A DNA stretch of 64,000 bases from Azolla caroliniana (taxonomy: Eukaryota > Plantae > Polypodiophyta): assembly GCA_043228905.1 (NCBI GenBank), contig JBHGNT010000006.1:8184001-8248000 (forward strand). Direction: 5' to 3'. The notes beneath the pieces are model-generated. The model saw only the letters and a program-made list of their open reading frames with translations, was not told where the DNA came from and made no database searches. A program made the translations under genes and the position numbers. Shown here piece by piece: positions 49,096-58,236 of this stretch (position 1 is the first letter of the stretch; every line of letters starts with the position of its first letter).

Positions 49096-49208
49096 ATGAA
49101 GACCCCGGCTACGGAGCCGGATGATGAAGACCCCGGCTACGGAGCCGGATGATGAAGACCCCGGCTACGGAGCCGGATGATGAAGACCCAGGCTACGGAG
49201 CCGGATGA
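49096..49208 (+). repeat. 28-bp U3 tandem repeat ATGAAGACCCCGGCTACGGAGCCGGATG, 4 copies in the 5' LTR (3 copies in the 3' LTR at about 53857-53940)
   Basis: Directly visible. It accounts for the 650 vs 622 bp LTR length difference. Confidence 0.95.
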
Positions 49209-49722
49209 CGAATGTACCCGGAGAGAGATCCGGATGCGGGGACATATTTGTGAATATGTTTGCCAAAAGCCCTTGAGGCTATATTTGTAAATAGCCCGAA
49301 AGTCATATGTGTATAAATATGACTTAGGGCAAACAGTTTTATGTTGTTGCTTTTTTTTTGTTTTCCACATAGAGGGAGCTAAGTGAGCAGCCGAGAGAGA
49401 GAAGAGAGAGACAGAGAGAGAGAGACGAAGAGGTCGTTGCCTCTGTGTATTACCGCCGCCTGTGGCGAAGACAGTGAGCTCAAGGTTGTTGCCTTGTAGC
49501 CTCACCATTGTACATCTCTGTTTATAGTGATAGTTGGAGTTTGAGGACTCCCGTGGTTTTTTTCCCATTTAGGGTTTTCCACGTAAAACATCCCGTGTAC
49601 TCTTCTCTCTATTGTCTTCGTGCATTTTGTATTTCCCGTTTTCTGAGAGTTGATCCTATTCCTCGGTTGTGGCCGAGCACTGTTTTGCAACAAGTGGTAT
49701 CAGAGCACGGTTAACACAGAAA

Positions 49723-52700
49723 ATGGAAGGCGGCGGTAGTGGGCCTCCGGGCATGATGGTGTTGAACTCACAGAACTACGCCGACTGGAAGATAAAGATG
49801 GAAGACCTTCTCATCGTCCGAGACCTGTACGAACCGATCGACAATGCTGAGATACCCAAGGGGGTAATAGAGTCGGAGTGGAAGCTCCTGAACCGGAAAG
49901 CCGTAGCGACGATCCGGCAATATGTCGATGTAAGTGTCCTGCAACATGTGGCGAACGATACGAACGCCTATGAGATGTGGAAGAAGCTGTCGGGCCTCTA
50001 CGAGAGGAAGAATGCGTTGAACCGGACCTCCCTGATGAGGAAGATAGTGAACCTCAAGTACCGGGACGGCGAGAATATGGTGGAACACGTGAGCACATTC
50101 ATGGGATTCGTGAACCAGCTTGCGGCGATCAAGTTCCCGTTGGAGGATGCAATGCAAGCCATCATTCTGATGTGTACATTGCCGGAAAGCTGGGAGAACT
50201 TGGTGGTGACTCTCAGCACCTCCTGCACCGAAGATAACTTGTCTCTACAAACGGTAAAGACAAGCATGTTGAACGAAGAAGCGCGTCGGAGAGATAAAGA
50301 ACCGGTTTCCGATCCGAAGATGCTGCTTACCGAATCGGATCGGGGAAGACAATGGAACCGGAGTCCGCAAAGACGGGAGAAGTCGGGGACCCGGTCGCAG
50401 TCAAGAGGAAGGCCCACATGCTTCCACTGTGGGAAGCCGGGGCACTTCCGGAAGAATTGTCGGCATTACCGAAAGGACAACGGAGCCGACGACACCGATT
50501 CGAAGAAGTCACCGGAGAGAAACGGTGCATACCGGGGAGCCACGGACCGGAGAGGTCCGGATCGGCGAGGGCAGGACCGGAAAGGAACGACGGCACTCGC
50601 GGCAAGTGAAGAAGAGATAATGCTCATTACCGAAGAGAGGGAGCTGAACCTTGCCGGTGAAGAGATGACCTGGGTGGTCGATTCCGGAGCGTCGTTCCAC
50701 CTGACCCCGGAGAAGAAATACTTCTCATCCTACACAGCCGGTGAGCACGGCTGTGTCCGGATGGGAAATGAAGGTACATGCCGGATTGCCGGCATAGGAG
50801 ACGTGTGGCTGATGACATCAACCGGATGCAAGATGCTGCTGAAGGATGTCCGACATGTTCCGGAGGTTCGATTGAACCTGATTTCGGCCGGGAGGCTAGA
50901 CGACGAAGGCTACACGAGTAGCATCCGGAACGGCGTAATGAAGTTCAGCAAGGGGAGCCTGATAGTGGCTCGAGCCCGGAAAGTCAACACACTGTACCTT
51001 ATGAATGCCTGGTTGTGTCCGGAGGAGTTGAACGTGGCAGCCGACGCTGCCGGTGAGCTGTGGCACAAGAGACTGTGCCACATGAGTGAGAAGGGGATGA
51101 AGAGGCTTGCAGAAGACAACCTTATTCCAGTGAAGCATGTGCACCTGGAGAAGTGCACCGATTGCCTGGCCGGTAAGCAGAACCGAACCTCCTTCCACTC
51201 AAGGCCACCGACGAGACGTAGCGCACCATTGGAGTTGGTGCACACTGACGTGTGTCAAGTAGAAACGAAGTCACATGGCGGAGCCCAGTACTTTGTGACA
51301 TTCATTGATGACCACAGCCGGAAGCTGTGGACGGCACCGTTGAAGACAAAGGACCAAGTGTTGTGCATCTTCAAAGAACTCCACGCGAGAGTGGAAAGGG
51401 AATCCGGGAAGAAGCTAAAAGCGATACGAGCGGATAACGGAGGGGAATACCGGGGGCAGTTCCAGGAGTACTGTCGCTCGAAGGGAATCCGGCTCGAGTT
51501 TACTGTGCCGAAGACGCCGGAACTGAACGGGCTGGCCGAGAGGATGAACCGGACCATAATGGAGAGGGTCCGGAGTATGCTGGCGCATGCGAAATTACCC
51601 AAGGGGTTTTGGGCTGAGGCAATGTCGACGGCGACGTATGTGATAAATAGATCACCCTCAGTACCTTTGGACGGAGACACGCCGCAGAAAGTGTGGACCG
51701 GTAAGGAAGTGTCCTACCGGCATCTGAAGGTGTTCGGGTGTCTCGCATACGTGCATGTGGCAAAGGACCGGAGAGGAAAGTTAGATCCAAAGACCCGGCC
51801 ATGCATATTCCTCGGTTACGGCGACGACGAGTTCGGCTACCGAGTATGGGACCCGGTCGACAAGAAGATATTCAGGAGTCGAGATATCATCTTCATGGAG
51901 GACAAGACACTCGCCGACTGGGAGTCGGAGAAGAAGATGAAGAGCTCCAAGTCGACCAGTGAGGATCAACTCTACGAAGAGCAGTCCCGACCGGCAAGGG
52001 ACCGGTTAGCACTCGAGGATCCGGCCGAAGACGGTGAAGAAACAGAACCGGCCGAGGAAGATGAAACTGATACCGGAACCGGCCCCGATCCCGAAATGGA
52101 TTCGGATGAAGAGGAAACGGAGGAGCCGGTTACCGAAGCTCCGGAACGGAGATATCCTCTAAGAGAGAGAAGGGCCCCCCGGAGATTTCCTGAACCAGAG
52201 CACGTGCTGCTAACCGACGAGGGGGAGCCGGAGAGTTTTGAAGAAGCAAAGCTTGACAACCATAGCCGCAGGTGGTTAAGTGCCATGCAGGAGGAGATGG
52301 ATTCCCTGCATGAGAACCACACATATGAACTTGTGGAGTTGCCGAAAGGTAAGCGGGCACTTCGAAACAAGTGGGTGTTCAAGCTGAAACCGGGAGATGC
52401 CGGAAACCCCCCGAGATACAAAGCCAGGATCGTAGTGAAGGGGTTCCAGCAGAAGAAGGGCGTCGACTTCGACGAGATATTTGCCCCGGTAGTGAAGATG
52501 ACCTCCATCCGGACGGTGCTGAGCATAGCGGCAAGCATGGACCTCGAGGTAGAACAGATGGACGTGAAGACGACATTCCTTCACGGTGACCTCGAAGAAG
52601 AGATCTACATGCAGCAACCGGAAGGATTCGAGAAGAAAGGGAAGGAGCACCTGGTATGCCGGTTGAAGAAGAGCCTTTACGGACTGAAGCAGGCTCCCCG

Positions 52701-53793
52701 GCAATGGTACCGGAAGTTCGACTCCTTCATGACAGACGAAGGGTACCACAAAACGCAGTCCGATCACTGCGTGTTTGTGAAGAAGTTCGAAGGAGGAGAC
52801 TTTTTAATACTCCTCCTGTACGTGGACGACATGTTGATCGTCGGACGGGACCAGGGCAAGATACGGATGCTGAAGAAAGCGCTTCACCGAACCTTCTCAA
52901 TGAAGGACCTGGGTCCGGCGAGGCAAATACTAGGGATGCACATCCGGGACCGGAAGAAGAAGCAGTTGTGGCTGTCACAGGAGAAGTACGTGACAAAGGT
53001 GCTTCACCGGTTCAACATGTCGGAAGCAAGACCGGTCGGGTCAACCCTCCCGGGAAACTGCAAGTTGTCCAGCAAGCAAAGCCCCAAGACAAAGGCTGAG
53101 AAGGAGGACATGATGAAAGTACCATATGCCTCTACCGTCGGAAGCTTGATGTACGCAATGGTGTGTACAAGACAGGACATAGGATATGCAGTCGGAGTGG
53201 TGAGCCGGTACATGAGCAATCCCGGCAAAGAACACTGGAACGCGGTCAAGTGGATACTCCGATACCTGAAGGGCACGGCAAATGTGTGCCTCCGATTCGG
53301 CTCCGGTAAGCCCGAACTCGACGGCTTTACCGATTCGGATATGTCGGCTGATGCAGATACCAGCCGGTCCACATCAGGGTATGTGATGACGTATGCAGGG
53401 GGAGCTGTTTCGTGGCAGTCGAGGCTGCAGAAGACGGTTGCGTTGTCAACCACGGAGGCGGAGTACATGGCGGCTGTTGAAGCCGGCAAGGAAATAATAT
53501 GGATGAAGGACTTCATTAGAGAGCTCGGTATCCGGCAGGAGGAGTACCGACTCTACTGCGACAGTCAGAGTGCCATCCACCTTGCGAAGAATGCGGCCTA
53601 TCACTCCCGGACGAAGCACATCCAGCGAAGATATCACTGGATCCGGGAAAGGATAGAGGACCAGGAGTTCGTGCTGACGAAGATCCACACGGACGAGAAC
53701 GGGTCGGATATGCTGACCAAGGTGCTCACACCCGACAAGCTGGAAGCATGCCGGAAGAGGGTCGGATTGGAAAGACATCCCATGCCGAAGTGA
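49723..53793 (+). CDS. Copia Gag-Pol polyprotein, 1356 aa (gag, CCHC, protease, integrase, RT, RNase H)
   Basis: CFHCGKPGHFRKNC, VVDSGASFH, LWHKRLCH..CTDC, VHTDVC..RADNGGEY..NGLAER, YKARIVVKGF, LLYVDD and DSD..TEAEY..CDSQSAI..SDMLTK occur in copia order. Confidence 0.96.
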   Translation: MEGGGSGPPGMMVLNSQNYADWKIKMEDLLIVRDLYEPIDNAEIPKGVIESEWKLLNRKAVATIRQYVDVSVLQHVANDTNAYEMWKKLSGLYERKNALNRTSLMRKIVNLKYRDGENMVEHVSTFMGFVNQLAAIKFPLEDAMQAIILMCTLPESWENLVVTLSTSCTEDNLSLQTVKTSMLNEEARRRDKEPVSDPKMLLTESDRGRQWNRSPQRREKSGTRSQSRGRPTCFHCGKPGHFRKNCRHYRKDNGADDTDSKKSPERNGAYRGATDRRGPDRRGQDRKGTTALAASEEEIMLITEERELNLAGEEMTWVVDSGASFHLTPEKKYFSSYTAGEHGCVRMGNEGTCRIAGIGDVWLMTSTGCKMLLKDVRHVPEVRLNLISAGRLDDEGYTSSIRNGVMKFSKGSLIVARARKVNTLYLMNAWLCPEELNVAADAAGELWHKRLCHMSEKGMKRLAEDNLIPVKHVHLEKCTDCLAGKQNRTSFHSRPPTRRSAPLELVHTDVCQVETKSHGGAQYFVTFIDDHSRKLWTAPLKTKDQVLCIFKELHARVERESGKKLKAIRADNGGEYRGQFQEYCRSKGIRLEFTVPKTPELNGLAERMNRTIMERVRSMLAHAKLPKGFWAEAMSTATYVINRSPSVPLDGDTPQKVWTGKEVSYRHLKVFGCLAYVHVAKDRRGKLDPKTRPCIFLGYGDDEFGYRVWDPVDKKIFRSRDIIFMEDKTLADWESEKKMKSSKSTSEDQLYEEQSRPARDRLALEDPAEDGEETEPAEEDETDTGTGPDPEMDSDEEETEEPVTEAPERRYPLRERRAPRRFPEPEHVLLTDEGEPESFEEAKLDNHSRRWLSAMQEEMDSLHENHTYELVELPKGKRALRNKWVFKLKPGDAGNPPRYKARIVVKGFQQKKGVDFDEIFAPVVKMTSIRTVLSIAASMDLEVEQMDVKTTFLHGDLEEEIYMQQPEGFEKKGKEHLVCRLKKSLYGLKQAPRQWYRKFDSFMTDEGYHKTQSDHCVFVKKFEGGDFLILLLYVDDMLIVGRDQGKIRMLKKALHRTFSMKDLGPARQILGMHIRDRKKKQLWLSQEKYVTKVLHRFNMSEARPVGSTLPGNCKLSSKQSPKTKAEKEDMMKVPYASTVGSLMYAMVCTRQDIGYAVGVVSRYMSNPGKEHWNAVKWILRYLKGTANVCLRFGSGKPELDGFTDSDMSADADTSRSTSGYVMTYAGGAVSWQSRLQKTVALSTTEAEYMAAVEAGKEIIWMKDFIRELGIRQEEYRLYCDSQSAIHLAKNAAYHSRTKHIQRRYHWIRERIEDQEFVLTKIHTDENGSDMLTKVLTPDKLEACRKRVGLERHPMPK

Positions 53794-55486
53794 AGGGGGA
53801 GTTTGTTGGGATTACGGTCCCTCCGGATGGGATGGTCTGATGTCCGGGAATCGGGAATGAAGACCCCGGCTACGGAGCCGGATGATGAAGACCCCGGCTA
53901 CGGAGCCGGATGATGAAGACCCCGGCTACGGAGCCGGATGACGAATGTACCCGGAGAGAGATCCGGATGCGGGGACATATTTGTGAATATGTTTGCCAAG
54001 AGCCCTTGAGGCTATATTTGTAAATAGCCCGAAAGTCATATGTGTATAAATATGACTTAGGGCAAACAGTTTTATGTTGTTGCTTTTTTTTTGTTTTCCA
54101 CATAGAGGGAGCTAAGTGAGCAGCCGAGAGAGAGAAGAGAGAGACAGAGAGAGAGAGACGAAGAGGTCGTTGCCTCTGTGTATTACCGCCGCCTGTGGCG
54201 AAGACAGTGAGCTCAAGGTTGTTGCCTTGTAGCCTCACCATTGTACATCTCTGTTTATAGTGATAGTTGGAGTTTGAGGACTCCCGTGGTTTTTTTCCCA
54301 TTTAGGGTTTTCCACGTAAAACATCCCGTGTACTCTTCTCTCTATTGTCTTCGTGCATTTTGTATTTCCCGTTTTCTGAGACTTGATCCTATTCCGCGGT
54401 TGTGGCCGAGCACTGTTTTGCAACAAGACCACAGGGGTCTTGGACCAGGGAGTGATAGAGCGTAGGAAGTCGTGCTTCACCGTTTCCGGGGAACCCCAGA
54501 AGAACACCGGAAGCGACCGAAGGGAGAGAGAGAAAGAGAGGGAGCACGCGCTTAACACCGACTCACGCACACACACGCCCATACACACACATGCCGACAT
54601 GACTCACGCCCTTATGTACAGGAAACGCAGAAAAGGGGAAGCACCCGACACCGACAGAGACGCGAATAGACAAACAGACGCAAATGTATATATATAAACA
54701 GAAGAATACATTCCCGGCTTCGAGCCGCTCCAAGGCAAGTTACAGTAGTCGTCAGCTGCCAAGCCGCCGTCGGGGAGCTCACGGGCTCGTCGCGCCGAGC
54801 GGGGTCTTGCATAAGAGATGAGCTGAAGCCAACCCTAAGCGAACACGAAGGAGAAGAAGAAGAAGCAGAAGAAAAAAACTAACTCTAAACCTAACGGTAT
54901 ACCCTCTACTACAAAATGGGCAACCCTTTCACAAAGGGCGTTCCCCTCATTTTATAGAACAAGGAAAGGGATGCGTTACAATGTGGGACCAATCCCGACT
55001 TACATGGGATCGTCTGCCCCGACTTGACTACTCTTCGGCACCATAAAGGCGCCCTCGATATTCACACTAAATGTACATGGGTGCGTACACACGTTGCACC
55101 CCGCCGATGTAGCCAATGTTCCCGGTTTCCGCCTCTGGCCGAAATTCTTCACGACATCGCAGTACTTCGTGACGTTCATAGATGACCACAACCAGAGGAT
55201 GTGGGTCTCACCGTTGAAGATGAAGGATCAAGTGTTATCTGTCTTCAAGGAGCTCCACGCAAGAGTGGAAAGAGAAACCGGCCGGAAGCTGAAAGCAGTT
55301 CGAGCATATAACGGAGGAGAATACCGAGGGGGGGGCAGTTCGAGCAGTACTGTCGGTCGAAGGGAATCCGGCTCAAATTCACTGTGCCGAAGATGCCGGA
55401 ACTAAACGGGTTGGCCGAAAGAATGAACCGGACCATAGTGGAGAGAGTCCGGAGCATGCTCGCACATGCCAAGTTTCCCAAGACAT

Positions 55487-56046
55487 TGTCGTGAAGATTC
55501 CGGGCTATAGTGAGAAATCAGAGAATATCACAAGAATCAAGGGAGTGCATCATGTGCACTTATCCTTGTAAAAACGTGTGAATAATAGGGGTGCCTTTAT
55601 GGCGCCGAGTAGGAGTCAAGTCGAGGCAGAGAATCCCATGTAAATCGTGATTTATCCCACATTGTTACGCGCCTCCCTCCTTGTGCTATAAAAGGAAGGG
55701 AGGATCCCTTGTAAAGGGGTTGCCCATTTTGAGTTAGGAGGCTATACCGTTAGGTTCGAAGTAAGTTATTTTCTTTCTCTTTATTTTATCTCTGTTTTAG
55801 GGTTTTCATCTTGGTATTCTTCTTCTTCTTCGTTGTCGTCATGTGGGCGGAGACTTCTTGTTCGTTTAGGGTTTAGTCTGGTGAAAAGCGTGTATGTTCG
55901 TGGGGTTGGCTTCTGATTGGTCTCTTGTGTAAGACCCCGCTCGACACGTCGAGCCCGAGAGCTCCCCGATCAGCGGCTTGGCAGCAGACCGCTGTTGTAA
56001 CCTAACCTACCTTGGTCCGGCTCGAAGCCAGGGTTGTATCTTCCCC

Positions 56047-56077
<31 letters not shown>

Positions 56078-57100
56078 TCATATCTGTTTGTGTATATTGG
56101 TGTCCATGACGATGTCGGCTGCATAGCTCCCCTCCTTTGTTTCCTGTACATAAAAGTCGGTCTTGCGAGCGTGCTCTCTCTCTCACTTTTCCTCACTCCC
56201 TCTCTCTCGTGTTCGGTAGCCTCTGGTACGTGTCCGGAGTCGGTTTCCTGGCATCCCTCTCTTGCTCGTCTGAGACCCCCATGGTCCCCCCCTTTTGACA
56301 TGCACTCGCGGACAACCGCGACATATTTGGTGAACCCGATGTGAAGGGCGGGAGGGAGGATGGAGCCGGAAGACAATGATGGCCGAAGTGATGTTGGAGT
56401 TTAGACGAGTGATGGTGAGACTAGAAGCCACACAACAAGCTATTGAGCGAGTGGTCGAAAGAGTCGGCCATTTCAACGGGGACAAAGTCCCATTCTACTT
56501 GGAAGCCTACAACGCAGAAATGGAGGAACGAGACGTAGACGAGGCGTTGACGCTGGAGTTCTTCTGTCGGGTTGTCGTCGTCCGTATGCACACGGAAGTG
56601 AAGGAGCTCCGAGAAGCTCATAGTTCGTGGGAGGCCTTCGAAGAGGCACTCCTGCAGGCATATGGAGGATGGTGGAAGAGCCGGGGACGACGTGACTTCG
56701 ACCAATGGGTGGCATCTGCAAAGACCCATCGGGGCACAACGAAGGCGTTCCGAGAGTTCGAGTGGCGGCTTACTCGGCTCCTGGAGCGGGAGCAAAGTCT
56801 GGTGAGGGTGGACAAAGTCCTGTTGTTCGTTAGGTCGATCGACCGAGCGGAACGAGAGGCCATCGGGATTGAGCTCGAAGATGATGACGGAGCGAATGGC
56901 CTTACCGAGGACTGGTTGGAAGTCGAACGAGTATGCCGACAGTTGGCCGAGGAGCGGTCCACAAAAAGTAAAAAGAAGATAATGCGCGACTGCGTGTCAT
57001 CACGGCAGGACGCAGGCATGCGACAAAAAGGATTGGCGAAGCTCAATGTAGAAGCCTTGGTCCGGGAAGCGTTCGAAGCTCTGAAGGTGAGGGTCCCGGG
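55487..57100 (+). mobile_element. Second Trp-primed gypsy-type element, truncated: LTR 55487-56323, PBS 56328-56345, gag fragment 56376 to about 57100
   Basis: TGTCGTG..CGCGACA-TATT-TGGTGAACCCGATGTGAA. The gag is homologous to 47522-48961 and breaks off abruptly into AT-rich DNA. Confidence 0.88.
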
Positions 57101-57329
57101 GACTTCATTATCAAAACTTGTATGATAGCACGTGGGTTCATCAAAAGGGGTTTTAATTAATCAGTGAGATACGGAATATATATACATAAGGGTATTAATA
57201 AAGATTTGAAAATATTTTTACATAAGGGTATTATCAATTACGCTGAAATTTTTTTTACATAAGCCCATGAAATATTAGATATTTCAATGAGATAGTAAAG
57301 AATATATTATGCAAACAATACTCAAATTT

Positions 57330-58236
57330 GAAGTGGCATACATACATACATACATATACATGCATGCATCCATATATACCTACATTCAAATATTACATCC
57401 ATGAATATGTATATACATACATACATTACACCCATTTATACATGCATGCTGACTAAAGATAAATATATATTACCATATGTAAATATGTACATACATACAC
57501 ATACATGCATTACATACTACATACATATTAAAATTGGCCATATATATTGACATACATATATAGATAATACATACATAAAAATTACATATTACATTTATAC
57601 ATACACTTACAAACATATTTTATATATTACCATATGTAAATATGTACATACACATACATACATGCATTACATATTACATACATATTAGAATTGGCCATAT
57701 ATATTGACATACATATATAGATAATACATACATACATAAAAATTACATATTACATTTATACATACACTTCCTTACAAACATATTTTATATATTACATATG
57801 TACAAATATATATTACCATATGTAAATATGTACATACACATACATGCATGCATTACATACTACATACATATTAGAATTGGCCATATATATTGACATACAT
57901 ACATAAAAATTACATATTACATTTATACATACACTTCCTTACAAACATATTTTATATATTACATATTACACACATTTATTATTATACACACAATTATATA
58001 CAAATGCAAATATACAAACCAAACACACAAAAAATAAAATTCATATTATATATAATAATATATGTATATATATATTATATACACATACACACATTCCATA
58101 AATACAATACAATACAATATGTACATACATACACACATCACACATGCATATATACCTACAAGCTACATTCATATATCACACATCACACATCCATGAATAT
58201 GTATATACATACATTACACTCATTTATACATACATA
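57330..58236. repeat. TACA/TA-rich degenerate satellite with about 3 higher-order units of roughly 160-200 bp
   Basis: tattaccatatgtaaatatgtacatac...aattggccatatatattgacatacata recurs near 57468, 57626 and 57811. Confidence 0.85.

Larger units (their letters stand above)
49043..54425 (+). mobile_element. Young, structurally intact Ty1/copia retrotransposon (Tnt1/Tork-like): 5' LTR 49043-49692, PBS-Met 49695-49706, PPT 53792-53801, 3' LTR 53804-54425
   Basis: TGTTG..CAACA LTRs differ by about 3 substitutions and one 28-bp repeat unit. TGGTATCAGAGC PBS, GAAGGGGGAG PPT and one uninterrupted polyprotein ORF. Confidence 0.97.
44758..55156 (-). mobile_element. Complete non-autonomous (gag-only) LTR retrotransposon with a tRNA-Trp PBS. 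3' LTR 44758-45523, PPT 45524-45540, internal 45524-48998, 5' LTR 48999-55156 (split by the copia at 49043-54425)
   Basis: Two 766-bp LTRs differ at about 20 positions counted by eye. Both have TG..CA ends. The PPT is AGTTAGGTGGGGGCGGA on the minus strand, and the flanks are TCGA/TCGC. No RT, RH or INT motifs were seen in the 3.5-kb interior. Confidence 0.9.
42682..55486 (+). mobile_element. Decayed Tnt1/Tork-like Ty1/copia element: 5' LTR 42682-43204, PBS-Met 43208-43219, gag-PR-INT 43234-44757 resuming at 55157-55486, interrupted twice
   Basis: TGTTGGG..GTCA LTR and TGGTATTAGAGC PBS. Frameshifted ORFs include LLGSLPDSWETLV, DSGVS and LWHKRLCH. The integrase reads VHTDVCQVDTKSHVES | QYFVTFIDDH across the nested insertion. 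Confidence 0.9.

Noticed and set aside
49096-49208. 28-bp palindromic repeats resembling CRISPR direct repeats
   Set aside because: The units are head to tail with no spacers, lie inside an LTR, and no cas genes are present in this eukaryotic DNA.
49768-53778. Antisense and alternate-frame ORFs over the copia polyprotein
   Set aside because: Shadow ORFs of a GC-rich coding sequence.
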